64,000 nucleotides of DNA, taken from a virus. Lineage: Duplodnaviria > Caudoviricetes. Made by a program: the position numbers and the translations under genes. Of the stretch, positions 10,442 to 19,786 are shown piece by piece (position 1 is the stretch's first letter; the number at the start of each line of letters is the position of its first letter). The stretch is taken from positions 1 through 64,000 of IMG/VR virus record IMGVR_UViG_3300028591_005215, one strand, 5' to 3'. A model generated the notes under the pieces. It was not told where the DNA came from and ran no database searches. It was given only the letters and a program-made list of their open reading frames with translations.

Positions 10442-10678
10442 TTCGTATTATACCTGTTATTTTTAATTTAACTATTTTAACTCACATTCACACTTTTAGT
10501 TAAGACGTGATGAGGTGAACTATATACTATAAAAAGCATACAATTGCACCTCATTACATAACACAATTTTAACGTTCACCAACGTTATGTATAAATAACC
10601 TTAACTATAAAATTGAATATATTAAAATGCTTTTTCAATTCAGAATACAAAATATAAAAAAACTTTAAAAGTAGATAA

Positions 10679-11035
10679 TTAATATCTACTTCTAAAATCT
10701 TTATCAAATGCCAATCGTGGACGATATTTATCTCTAAAATTGGTTATCCATTTTGCAACCTTTGGGCTGATAGTAACAACGTCATCGTGACCCTCATCTT
10801 TGCAAGTTGCAAGTATTACACCATCTTTAAGTAGTGTGTAACGTGTCCGTGGTAATACGTTTGATGTATATACATTACCATCAAATTTACCCTCTTGAAG
10901 CATCCTCATTGCGTTCACATCGTTCTTTGTCATATAAACAGCATTATCACCTTGTTTAACTGCAATAGTGCGTCTAACAATAGATAATGAAGGTTTTTCA
11001 GTTGATACCTTTGTCAAAACTTTTGTTTCGCTCAT
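10679..11035 (-). CDS. Hypothetical cassette protein
   Basis: 118 aa; AGAAAGGAAA leader and its own promoter. Confidence 0.8.
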   Translation of the reverse strand: MSETKVLTKVSTEKPSLSIVRRTIAVKQGDNAVYMTKNDVNAMRMLQEGKFDGNVYTSNVLPRTRYTLLKDGVILATCKDEGHDDVVTISPKVAKWITNFRDKYRPRLAFDKDFRSRY

Positions 11036-11323
11036 AAATTGTTTCCTTTCTTTATTTGTTACTTCACCTAATATATTATTTTATTTTCAAAAAACAAAAC
11101 TTTTCGGCAATTTTTTTTAGAAAAAATTATTCTTCTTTTTAATGTTATTTAACTATTAATTTTTTTTGTTAAATATGTTTAATAAATTAGGTTATTTGAA
11201 AAGAATATATTATATTTGTCTTAGGAAAAATAGTATACAATAAAAAAAAATGGGAATAGCATTTCTACCATTCCCATTGTTGTAATAACAATTTAAAAAT
11301 AACAAATAATGAAAAGTATTGCA

Positions 11324-11560
11324 TTAACGTGTTGATACTATCCTACTTTCCAATTCAGCACCAAGTGAAAATTCATTAATATCTGCATCTTCGGCTATGG
11401 TGCGAGCTGCATCAAGTGCTTCACCTTCATCGTGAAAATCACCCGTAACATCAACAGTGATATTTGCTTTGTATGAAAAAGTTATAGTATAATTTCTTGC
11501 CATTTTTTTTTCGTTTTTAAGGGTTTTAATTACTTGCTTAATAAATTCTGAACTAACCAC
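11324..11560 (-). CDS. Hypothetical protein (true start probably 11503)
   Basis: ORF followed by a terminator. Confidence 0.7.
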   Translation of the reverse strand: MVSSEFIKQVIKTLKNEKKMARNYTITFSYKANITVDVTGDFHDEGEALDAARTIAEDADINEFSLGAELESRIVSTR

Positions 11561-11904
11561 ATATTTTGTGGCTTATAGCCTTTTGTTTTGCTTGAATAGC
11601 AAATTCTATCGCCATCTTTAGCAAGTGCATTAAATGTCTGCAAAATATGAAGAACAGAAATCTTAACCTTTTCATCAAGTTTAAGATATTTTCTAATTTC
11701 GTCTTGCATTTCAACCGAATTTTCAATAAATTCAAGACGAGGATATTTCATTAAATATTCTGAACCTTCATAATTAGGGCAATAAGCTAAGCCATCATAA
11801 ATTTCAAAGTGTAGCTTTTTCTTAAAACCTAAGATGGTTAAATCTTTTTCATCAACCATCTTATTATACATTTTTTCTAAATCTTCACGTTTAATTCTTT
11901 CCAT
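11530..11904 (-). CDS. Hypothetical protein
   Basis: 124 aa, own promoter. Confidence 0.75.
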   Translation of the reverse strand: MERIKREDLEKMYNKMVDEKDLTILGFKKKLHFEIYDGLAYCPNYEGSEYLMKYPRLEFIENSVEMQDEIRKYLKLDEKVKISVLHILQTFNALAKDGDRICYSSKTKGYKPQNMWLVQNLLSK

Positions 11905-12073
11905 TTTCTATTTTATTTTTAATGTATTGCAAATATATAAGAAAACGATGTTAAACCAAAACATTAATTGTTAAAAAGTTTAAATTTATTTCATAGTTAG
12001 AATTTAATATGTTATATTTGTCTTAGGAAGAGTTATATTCAATAAAAAAGAAGGGTGTTATTATTACCCTTCT

Positions 12074-12751
12074 TTATAATAGTTCTGTTATTTCTTTCCC
12101 TTCATTTTTTACCATTGCTTCAAGTTCTTCAAAACGTTGTTTGGTTACTTTGATACCTCTTAATGTTCGTACCTTTGCCCACGTTTGAAACATTTGGTTA
12201 GTGCTACGATACCAATGTGCTTCGGTTAATATGTTACGTATTGTAAGTTTTCTATTAATCAACTTAGCATATTTTTTGTGCGCATTACATATAAAGTAAT
12301 CACCTTTTTTAGTAACCATAAACATAAGGTAATAACTTTCGTTTTTAGGTATGGCAATAGTTTTTAGTTTATCAGTGCTTCTAACACCCATATTCAAGCC
12401 GTGTAAACGATTATACTTTGCAATAAGAGATTTAAAATATTTGCCGTGGGTTGACGTATCACGTATACCTTTGAAGAAAATATAATAGTGGCACATTTCG
12501 TGCACTAAAGTGTCCCTAAGTCCTTCTTCTGTTCTGTCGTAATACGTTGAAATATCAATAGCGCAATAGTACTTTAACGGTCTTATTTTAAAGATACCGC
12601 AATAGGTTTTAGACTTGCATAAGCCAACACCAAAAACAAAGCGTCTACCATTGACTTCAAATTGTTCATTAATATTAGGTAATTCGTTATTAAATACAAG
12701 TTCATTGTACTTATTGAAATTTTCAATTACCCACTGATTTGTTGCTACCAT
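12074..12751 (-). CDS. SprT-like zinc metalloprotease
   Basis: TLVHEMCH (HExxH) with downstream HGKYF. Confidence 0.85.
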   Translation of the reverse strand: MVATNQWVIENFNKYNELVFNNELPNINEQFEVNGRRFVFGVGLCKSKTYCGIFKIRPLKYYCAIDISTYYDRTEEGLRDTLVHEMCHYYIFFKGIRDTSTHGKYFKSLIAKYNRLHGLNMGVRSTDKLKTIAIPKNESYYLMFMVTKKGDYFICNAHKKYAKLINRKLTIRNILTEAHWYRSTNQMFQTWAKVRTLRGIKVTKQRFEELEAMVKNEGKEITELL

Positions 12752-12848
12752 ATTTAATTTCCTTTCTTTAATTATTTAACGTTGACAAATATAATCATTT
12801 CTTTTTATATAAACAAAAAAAATGGGAGTTTTTTTACTCCCATTTTTA

Positions 12849-13274
12849 TTATTTTCTAAAAATAACACTAAGTAGAAATTTTTTCATATTATCATCGTCT
12901 CTAAAGCAATTTCTATATTCTGCAAATAAGTAGCCCAATTTCGCATTAATTATAAATGCTTTGAGGTCATCATCATTTTTAAAGGTATAATACGTATCAT
13001 TATCAAAGACTATCCATTTATTACCTTCTAAAACGGAATAAAGGCAGTCATTAGAAATACTACCAAAATTTTCACTATCACAATAGAAGTCAGACCATTC
13101 AGTAGAACCGTCTTCATTTAAAGCTAATTTAAGGCAAACACTATCGTGCTGAAAAAGTTCATTATAAATTCTTCTAAGTTCTTCAGTAGTCATTTTTTCT
13201 AATGCGTTAGTGAAAGTAAACGCACCAATATTAGAAGCTGCTTCCATCAAATTTTCATCAAATTTCTGTTCCAT
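12849..13274 (-). CDS. Hypothetical cassette protein
   Basis: 141 aa; own promoter, leader and terminator. Confidence 0.8.
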   Translation of the reverse strand: MEQKFDENLMEAASNIGAFTFTNALEKMTTEELRRIYNELFQHDSVCLKLALNEDGSTEWSDFYCDSENFGSISNDCLYSVLEGNKWIVFDNDTYYTFKNDDDLKAFIINAKLGYLFAEYRNCFRDDDNMKKFLLSVIFRK

Positions 13275-13403
13275 AATTAATTTCCTTTCTTTATTTATTT
13301 GTTTAACGTTAACTAATATATTAATTTCTTTCTAATTACAAAGCGTTATTTAAGTTTTTAACACTTATTTAACACTTTGCTATATATACTTAATTAAGTA
13401 CTT

Positions 13404-13919
13404 TTACATTAACCTCATAACGCTTACACCTTCCATATCTAAGGCTTCAATCATTTCGCCAACTTTCAGATTTTTAAGTCTTCCATCGTTCAAACCGAAT
13501 TTAGATAATACTAAAGGTGAATAGCAAGCCACTTTAATTATACCTTGACCATCGCAATTACGTGCATCATTAATTATCATATATACTCTCACACCGTAAC
13601 GTACATAAAATGTCTTTTCAGTACTATCAGTTAATGAGGTGTTGCCTTCTGACACAATATTGTCTTGCTTGATGACTTCATAGTAGTCTTTGAATATTTC
13701 CCTATAGACGTTTTCGTATAAATGCTGCGCTCTATATAGGTCAATATCATCAATATGTTGCCCTCCAAATTTATGGCGCAGTACAAAACAGCCATTTTCA
13801 AGACAACCAATATATTCTGATAAATCTACACATTCAACATTGTGATTTTTCATCAAAGTGGCAATGTCATTTAAAATTTTTTTAGTAAATGACTCAATTG
13901 CGATTTCATAATTCTTCAT
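13404..13919 (-). CDS. Hypothetical protein, paralogue of 26559-27092
   Basis: Shared MKNYEI...VACYSPL...NLKVGEMI. Confidence 0.85.
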   Translation of the reverse strand: MKNYEIAIESFTKKILNDIATLMKNHNVECVDLSEYIGCLENGCFVLRHKFGGQHIDDIDLYRAQHLYENVYREIFKDYYEVIKQDNIVSEGNTSLTDSTEKTFYVRYGVRVYMIINDARNCDGQGIIKVACYSPLVLSKFGLNDGRLKNLKVGEMIEALDMEGVSVMRLM

Positions 13920-14129
13920 AATTAATTTCCTTTCTTTATTTATTTGTTTAACTTACGATAGCAAATATAATACTTTACTTTTGAATATGCAAATTTTTTG
14001 AAGACTTTTTTTTATTTTTTTTTCTCGTAATTTTATTTGGTAGTTTGGTTTATTTTTATTATATTTGTCTTAGGAAAAATAATATATAAAAAAATGATGT
14101 ACCAAATAAGGTACATCATTAACTTAAAA

Positions 14130-14275
14130 AGGTTGTTCCCCTTTGATAGGCTTGAGTCATCACTTCAAACCTAAATGCACCACCATTAATTTTAATTCGC
14201 CAATTAAAACTTTCATTTAACCTAATAGATAGGCTATTAGCCTAAATGATAGATGATGCAACTATTACCATTTTC
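14130..14275 (-). ncRNA. Putative structured ncRNA in its own promoter-terminator cassette
   Basis: Promoter at 14287-14294, no ORF, nested stems (GCATCATC/GGTGGTGC, TCATTTAG/TTAAATGA, TTTTAATT/AATTAAAA), terminator at about 14092-14120. Confidence 0.55.
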
Positions 14276-14337
14276 ATCTTCCTCTACAAATATATATAAT
14301 TAATTCATAAATTCAAAATAAATCACCACTTATTTTT

Positions 14338-14556
14338 TTATCCAACTTCCCAAACTTTTCCAACCCTTCCTTTATTGTCACGTATAACATATCCATACAT
14401 CCAAAAATAGTCAATAACTTTTACCTTTGTACCTTTTGGTATAGTATACTTGCCAAAACGTTCTACATCATATTTAAGACTGAACTCCATACCAATTTTT
14501 TGCTTCGCTTCATCCCTTTGATGAATTGCTCTATTATATTCGTAACCTAAAGCCAT
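14338..14556 (-). CDS. Hypothetical protein
   Basis: 72-aa ORF. Confidence 0.65.
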   Translation of the reverse strand: MALGYEYNRAIHQRDEAKQKIGMEFSLKYDVERFGKYTIPKGTKVKVIDYFWMYGYVIRDNKGRVGKVWEVG

Positions 14557-14562
14557 AGTATG

Positions 14563-14856
14563 CTATTTTTTTCTAAAAGTATAAATCTTATTACCTATAA
14601 GTAACTTAATCTTTTTCTTATATACCCTATATATTTCGATAGACGAGTCCGATTGGTCTAATGCGTCTATTGTTTGGATATGCTTTCCTAACATCTTATA
14701 CGCAAAGCAATTGCCTTCTACACCAATTTCATCAATACATAAGGTATCATTGGTAAACGTATAAGCAACTTTGCCATTTGTATAAGTGCCGTTTAGGGTG
14801 GCTGCTTTACACCCTAAAGACACGATAAACATTGATAGAATTATTAACTTTTTCAT
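14563..14856 (-). CDS. Putative secreted protein or lipoprotein
   Basis: N-terminal signal peptide with SLGC. Confidence 0.7.
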   Translation of the reverse strand: MKKLIILSMFIVSLGCKAATLNGTYTNGKVAYTFTNDTLCIDEIGVEGNCFAYKMLGKHIQTIDALDQSDSSIEIYRVYKKKIKLLIGNKIYTFRKK

Positions 14857-15374
14857 TATTTATTCTTATTTACTTTGCCATACATATTAAGACGATACCA
14901 AGCTTTAGATTTTTTGGTAGGGTAGTGGAAGCAATACGATGAACCATAAGGTGAAGGGTTATTATCGCAAACGATACCAATAGCATCTAAGTTTTTTAAT
15001 GTACCCTTTAAAAGGTGTGAGTAGTGGCAAATGGTATCTTTCTTTTCCAACTTATTCTTCAAAGAGCGAATCTTTTCTACAATGTAATCTGTTTCTTCTG
15101 AAACGACTGCGTTTTCAAAACCTTTATCGCCATAGGCTTCTTTCAGATACTTGTAAGCATTTGAACGGTGATGTGGTACGTGGAAACGATAGCCGTGTTT
15201 TCCAAGCGCATCAATTTCAATTCCGTGGTTTTCAAATTCACTAATTGTAGCTCGATAGAGAGAAGAATAGTGACAAACACTATCTTTCTTTTTATTGTCT
15301 GCGTTCATTACTTTGGCAATGATGTAAGCGATTTCTGCTACTACTACTGCGTTTTCTGTTCCAAATGTTTTCAT
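14856..15374 (-). CDS. Hypothetical protein with internal duplication
   Basis: KKD(S/T)xCHYS...FH.P..S.A repeated twice; GGAGG leader. Confidence 0.8.
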   Translation of the reverse strand: MKTFGTENAVVVAEIAYIIAKVMNADNKKKDSVCHYSSLYRATISEFENHGIEIDALGKHGYRFHVPHHRSNAYKYLKEAYGDKGFENAVVSEETDYIVEKIRSLKNKLEKKDTICHYSHLLKGTLKNLDAIGIVCDNNPSPYGSSYCFHYPTKKSKAWYRLNMYGKVNKNK

Positions 15375-15485
15375 TATTTATACCTCCTATGTTTAAATTA
15401 TTATTGTTTTTTATTGATGTTGGTAATATATAAAAACCAAACTAAAAAATGAAATATTTTCCTTGTTTTAACACTTATTTAACAT

Positions 15486-15914
15486 TTAATATTTATGTAT
15501 TTTATATACAATATGTGGGGTTTTTATATATTGTGTCTCTGACACAATAACAGCCTCAATTTCATATTTATACAATAATTGCAATTTTTGTAATGTAGTA
15601 GAAGAAACAGAAACGTTATTAGTTTCAATGCTTATTTCGTGTGCATTTTCATCCACATTGACAATACCTTTAATATATTCTTCATATGGTTCAATTATAT
15701 GATGATATTTTTTCAAATAAGCGCAAATAAATCTTTCCAAATGTTTGCGCCTATAGCCAAATAAGTCTTTTTCTTTACCGTGGAACACCCATAATATAGG
15801 AACTAAATCATTATCATTATTATCTTTATTAGGATGCTTGACTTCAAAAGTACCAACTTTGAAATCGTTAAAAATTACATCACCATTACGTTTAAAAATA
15901 AATTTATTTACCAT
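15486..15914 (-). CDS. Hypothetical cassette protein
   Basis: 142 aa. Confidence 0.75.
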   Translation of the reverse strand: MVNKFIFKRNGDVIFNDFKVGTFEVKHPNKDNNDNDLVPILWVFHGKEKDLFGYRRKHLERFICAYLKKYHHIIEPYEEYIKGIVNVDENAHEISIETNNVSVSSTTLQKLQLLYKYEIEAVIVSETQYIKTPHIVYKIHKY

Positions 15915-16117
15915 ATCAATTCTCCTTTATTTGTTACGTAAGCAAATATATAAAATTCAAACTAAAAAATGAAATGATTTAATAGCTTTAACACGACTTT
16001 AACACTTTATTATTAAAAATAAAATAATTGTTAATAAGTTTGGTAGTTTGGTTTGTTTTTAATATATTTGTCTTAGGAAAAAATAGTATATATAAGAAAA
16101 GGATAAGGTTTATCACC

Positions 16118-16432
16118 TTATCCTTTTTCTATTTTAGTAATTAATTTAATATAATTGCCTTCATATCCACCACGTGGAGCGTCATTACCTTTTACGTATT
16201 TAACCTTACAAAGGTCAAGCAAATCACATATAGCGTACATATAATTGTATTTTGATTTGTGTCTTGCAAATCTACCATAATAACCACACGGTCTAATAAT
16301 ATCTTTACCGTTAAAGTAACTACCATATTCTTGATTAGCTATATCAAATAATGTTTTAATTCCAACTATGCTTTTTGCATTTTTCAACTTTATTTGCTTG
16401 TTGATTCTCTTTATTAATGTACTTCGTTTCAT
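16118..16432 (-). CDS. Hypothetical phage protein (GNDAPRGG motif)
   Basis: 104 aa. Confidence 0.8.
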   Translation of the reverse strand: MKRSTLIKRINKQIKLKNAKSIVGIKTLFDIANQEYGSYFNGKDIIRPCGYYGRFARHKSKYNYMYAICDLLDLCKVKYVKGNDAPRGGYEGNYIKLITKIEKG

Positions 16433-16433
16433 A

Positions 16434-16637
16434 TTAACAACCTTTTTCGTGTAACAATAATGATAATTTTTCTATTCCAAAAAACTTTATAAGTTTATTT
16501 TTTGTTTCCTCAAGCATTAGTTTCCCATCATTATTAGGGTTACTAAGACTAATAATGCAATAGTCACCGTAATCTTTTAAATTATCAATCCTAAAACCAT
16601 CACGATACGCACTTTTAACACTTCTATATTTTTTCAT
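16434..16637 (-). CDS. Hypothetical protein
   Basis: 67 aa. Confidence 0.6.
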   Translation of the reverse strand: MKKYRSVKSAYRDGFRIDNLKDYGDYCIISLSNPNNDGKLMLEETKNKLIKFFGIEKLSLLLHEKGC

Positions 16638-16693
16638 AATAAAATTTCGTAATGAACCCCCACAAGTATTTAACTTGTGGGTAGTTTAAACTA

Positions 16694-17326
16694 TTAGTCA
16701 ATCATTAAGTAATCTTTAACTAAATCCCAATATTTTTCCAAAAATGAAGCTCTTTGAGTTCTTGTATGAAAAGCAAGAAAGTAGTATTCACAACTTGAAA
16801 TCATTGTAGAAATTTTATTGCAATTTCTGTATATTACATATTTTGTCTCGCTATTTTTCCATTCTTCATCAGTGATAACTCCACCAAAGTTTTCTATATC
16901 ATTAGCCATTATTTGACTAATTCTTGCCATTGCAATAGCTGATATGGCTTGTTTTCTGTTAGCAAAGTTTTTGTAACGGTTCTGATTATATTTTACATAT
17001 GTACAATATGCAATGCGTGAATCAGATTCAATAAAATACCCATTAGCAATTTTATTTTCCTTATCACTCCAAAACTCTTGCTCAACTTCTTCAACTATCA
17101 CTAAATCAAGTGCGTCAAGCTCTCCTTTAGAATAAAGCCTTCCTTCAGAAGTATAACATTCAGCGTGTTCGCCACCATCCTCTGTCTCAATCAATGCAAT
17201 AATAGGGAAATGGTAAACTTTTGCATCAGTGCAGATAATTCTCGCCTCAGCACCACTTCTTGTTTGAACTTTAGCACCTTTTTTATAAGCTTCTAAATTA
17301 AATGGTTTAATTACTTCTTTTTTCAT
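16694..17326 (-). CDS. 'KPF.L...TR.G' family, copy 2
   Basis: Paralogue of 1643-2293. Confidence 0.85.
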   Translation of the reverse strand: MKKEVIKPFNLEAYKKGAKVQTRSGAEARIICTDAKVYHFPIIALIETEDGGEHAECYTSEGRLYSKGELDALDLVIVEEVEQEFWSDKENKIANGYFIESDSRIAYCTYVKYNQNRYKNFANRKQAISAIAMARISQIMANDIENFGGVITDEEWKNSETKYVIYRNCNKISTMISSCEYYFLAFHTRTQRASFLEKYWDLVKDYLMID

Positions 17327-17554
17327 AATTTATTTTCCTTTCTTTATTTGTTTAACTTACGATAGCAAATATAACACTTTGCTTTTAAAAAAAGAAACAA
17401 TAATGGGTTTTTAACACTACTTTAACACTTTAAGGTTTTATTGGAATAAATGTTAATAAATTTTGTAGTTTGGAAATAATTTACTATATTTGTTTTAAGA
17501 AAAATAGTATATATAAGAAAAGGTAGGGTTGCTTTCCCTACCTTTTTTATTTTT

Positions 17555-18418
17555 TTACCATTCTACTCTTTCATCATCTTTTTGAATTATGAAAGGGTTG
17601 TTAATTTGTTTCGCATAGTGACCGTTTACGATAGTCTTTTTTGAAGGTTTATAATGTAATAGCACTACAACGTTCTTTGGGTCGTCTGCACGAACGTCAC
17701 TAATATCGCCATTCACTATTTCATATCCATTAAACTTTTTAGGTAGTGTATCATTTTTCTTCAAATCAAAAACGACTGCAACACGTGTACCATTTTCAAG
17801 TGCATATTTTGCGTCATTATCGTTATAACCATTATAAGACAAAGTATAGTCTATATTATTGTATTTTTTCTGTAGGTCTAAATATGCACGTACTTTTGTA
17901 TATTCATTAAAAGTAACGTTTGGGCGCAATTCAAGTATATTTTTACCTTGATATTTGAACATTAATGGAGATAAATCAGAAGTTCCGTTTAGACGAGCTA
18001 AAAATCGCAGTCCTAATTTATTTGCTTTTTCAAAAGCTTTGTCAAGTTCTTCTAAGTACATTTGCATAAACACATCACGGTTATATAAGAACAATTCAGT
18101 TCTGATACGTCTTACTCTATCTATAGGACTTTCAGTATTATATTTGTAAAGAACATTAATACCACTTCCCGCTAAGCAATTAATTTTGCAATGTTCAGCG
18201 TTTGGACACATAGTATGGTTGTCCAACTTATAAGGTGTAAGATAAAGAAGAAATTCCAATACACCTTTGTTGTTGAGTGTATGCTTTTGCTTTGATGTAG
18301 CATTAATCGGAACAAGTTCCTTAATTCCTATTGCTTTTGCTACCTTTGCGTGGGTAGTGTAAATCAAATTACCATAGAAGTTCTTCTTTTCTTCAATTGT
18401 CATATTAAATGTATTCAT
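17555..18418 (-). CDS. GP88-like protein (Cys-motif, radical-SAM-like), copy 1
   Basis: CPNAEHCKINCLAGSG, RLNGTSDL, F.EYTK, NGD.SD.R motifs. Confidence 0.75.
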   Translation of the reverse strand: MNTFNMTIEEKKNFYGNLIYTTHAKVAKAIGIKELVPINATSKQKHTLNNKGVLEFLLYLTPYKLDNHTMCPNAEHCKINCLAGSGINVLYKYNTESPIDRVRRIRTELFLYNRDVFMQMYLEELDKAFEKANKLGLRFLARLNGTSDLSPLMFKYQGKNILELRPNVTFNEYTKVRAYLDLQKKYNNIDYTLSYNGYNDNDAKYALENGTRVAVVFDLKKNDTLPKKFNGYEIVNGDISDVRADDPKNVVVLLHYKPSKKTIVNGHYAKQINNPFIIQKDDERVEW

Positions 18419-18505
18419 AACTTAACTAATTATTTGTTTGTTTTTAACGTAGGCAAATATAACCTTTTCTTTTTAATTATCAAACTTTTTTGTGTTAAAA
18501 AAGTG

Positions 18506-18835
18506 TTAATATTTAAACTTTAATCTTTTGCAAACATACATAGTAATAATTTTACTCTTACTTTTTGGTATACAATAATATAAACTGAATAATTCTGCTA
18601 TAACGTTATAAGGTGTTTCTTTGTCTTGTTTTACCTTATCATTAATTTTTGCTGCGTCAAATTTCTTTAGGAATAATTCTACAGCACGTTTTTCTCTGTT
18701 GGTTAGATATATCCATTTCAACGTCATACGTTTACGTTCACGTTCTTGCTTCTCATAGCAACACATACATAAACCACCGTATCTAATATACCTAACATCA
18801 TTAATTTCTTTATTACAATCAATACAATTTGCCAT
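18506..18835 (-). CDS. Small protein with N-terminal Zn-finger-like motif
   Basis: CxxC...CxCC. Confidence 0.7.
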   Translation of the reverse strand: MANCIDCNKEINDVRYIRYGGLCMCCYEKQERERKRMTLKWIYLTNREKRAVELFLKKFDAAKINDKVKQDKETPYNVIAELFSLYYCIPKSKSKIITMYVCKRLKFKY

Positions 18836-19014
18836 ATTTTTATTTCCTTTTTGATTACGTAGGCAAATATAGTCTTTTCAAATTAAAAAATGAAATGATT
18901 TAATGACTTTAACACGACTTTAACACTTTAATGAAAAAGTATAAAAAATATTAATAAGTTTGGTGGTTTGGAAAGAATTTAATATATTTGTTTTAGGAAG
19001 AATAATATATAATA

Positions 19015-19050
19015 AAAAAAAGACACTACTTATCACAAGCAATGTCTTTT
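19015..19050 (-). terminator. Terminator hairpin of the ncRNA operon; recurrent ATTGCTTG(T/C)GA(T)AAGTAGT family
   Basis: Hairpin plus T-run; relatives near 20848, 24778, 28612, 29983 and 33370. Confidence 0.7.
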
Positions 19051-19096
19051 AATTAGTTAAGTTATTTATTGTGTTCCGAGGTGTGGAACAAAGTTG

Positions 19097-19218
19097 TTCT
19101 TTCAAAGCGTGAAGGTGGTAAACGTATTTGTTTGACTATTTTATTATTTACGTTTATGCTTATCAAAGTGATTATCACTTAATGCACTATAGCCACCTTC
19201 ACATAGAAAGGAAATATG
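19097..19218 (-). ncRNA. Structured trailer RNA A (downstream of tRNA-like unit 1)
   Basis: 10-bp stem GTGAAGGTGG/CCACCTTCAC with an outer TTCCTTTC/GAAAGAA stem and internal hairpins. Confidence 0.55.
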
Positions 19219-19220
19219 TA

Positions 19221-19326
19221 GTTGATGGTATTGGATTTGCACCAATGCAGATACCTAAGTATCAGAATGTTCACCACATTCCCCATTTTGTTATACTGCT
19301 ATTATCAGTACTATGGAAACCACCAA
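19221..19326 (-). ncRNA. Non-canonical tRNA-like RNA, unit 1
   Basis: Acceptor TTGGTGGT/ACCATCAA, T arm ATTGG-TGCAAAT-CCAAT, anticodon arm GAATG-TGGTGAA-CATTC. Confidence 0.8.
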
Positions 19327-19339
19327 AATTCTTTATTAA

Positions 19340-19446
19340 ACCTTCTTTATTATAAAGGGGAATGGCTATAAAGCCCCAAATAAAATGCGTGTAGCAAGTA
19401 AGACAATATAACACATTCCCCACATCGAAAGGAGGTATTAAATATG
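19340..19446 (-). ncRNA. Structured trailer RNA B (downstream of tRNA-like unit 2)
   Basis: Stems GGGGAATG/CATTCCCC and ACCTCCTTT/AAAGAAGGT; same architecture as trailer A. Confidence 0.5.
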
Positions 19447-19447
19447 G

Positions 19448-19551
19448 GTTGGTAATGGTGGGTTCGAACCACCGCAGATACCTAAGTATCAGAATGTTCA
19501 CCACATTCCCCATTTTCTTTGCCCAATAATGCAAGCTATGGAAATTACCAA
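19448..19551 (-). ncRNA. Non-canonical tRNA-like RNA, unit 2 (followed by encoded CCA at 19445-19447)
   Basis: Acceptor TTGGTAAT/ATTACCAA, canonical T arm GGTGG-TTCGAAC-CCACC. Confidence 0.85.
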
Positions 19552-19554
19552 ATT

Positions 19555-19660
19555 GTTGGTTGTGATGGGTTCAAACCACCGCAGATACCTAAGTATCAGA
19601 ATGTTCACCACATTCCCCTTTTTGCTATCACTTCAAAATAGTGACTAAGGAAACAACCAA
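19555..19660 (-). ncRNA. Non-canonical tRNA-like RNA, unit 3
   Basis: Acceptor TTGGTTGT/ACAACCAA; compensatory D stem CCTT/AAGG. Confidence 0.8.
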
Positions 19661-19663
19661 ATT

Positions 19664-19772
19664 GTTGGTTAGATAGGATTTGCACCTATGCAGACTTTAA
19701 GTAAAGTCAGAATGTTCACCACATTCCCCATTTTGTTATACTGCTAAATATCAGTACTATGGAACTAACCAA
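19664..19772 (-). ncRNA. Non-canonical tRNA-like RNA, unit 4
   Basis: Acceptor TTGGTTAG/CTAACCAA; variable arm GACTTT/AAAGTC. Confidence 0.8.
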
Positions 19773-19786
19773 AAATATCTTAATTT

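Noticed and set aside
19097-19436. Y RNA identity for the trailer RNAs
   Set aside because: Only a loose resemblance in stem layout; no clear Ro-binding motif and no Ro60/Rsr gene in the window.
19128-19534. ORFs 19128-19355 (+) and 19271-19534 (-)
   Set aside because: They overlap the RNA repeats and lack the local leader pattern. Conservation follows base-pairing rather than codons.
19221-19772. CRISPR array (repeated ~38-nt GCAGATACCTAAGTATCAGAATGTTCACCACATTCCCC)
   Set aside because: The intervening sequences are homologous to each other, too long (about 70 and 190 nt) and form covarying stems with the flanks. There are no cas genes in the window.
19221-19772. Ordinary tRNA-His or tRNA-Sec genes
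   Set aside because: His: no G-1, G at position 33, and a long variable arm. Sec: the 8/5 fold fits, but there is no UCA anticodon and the D arm differs.
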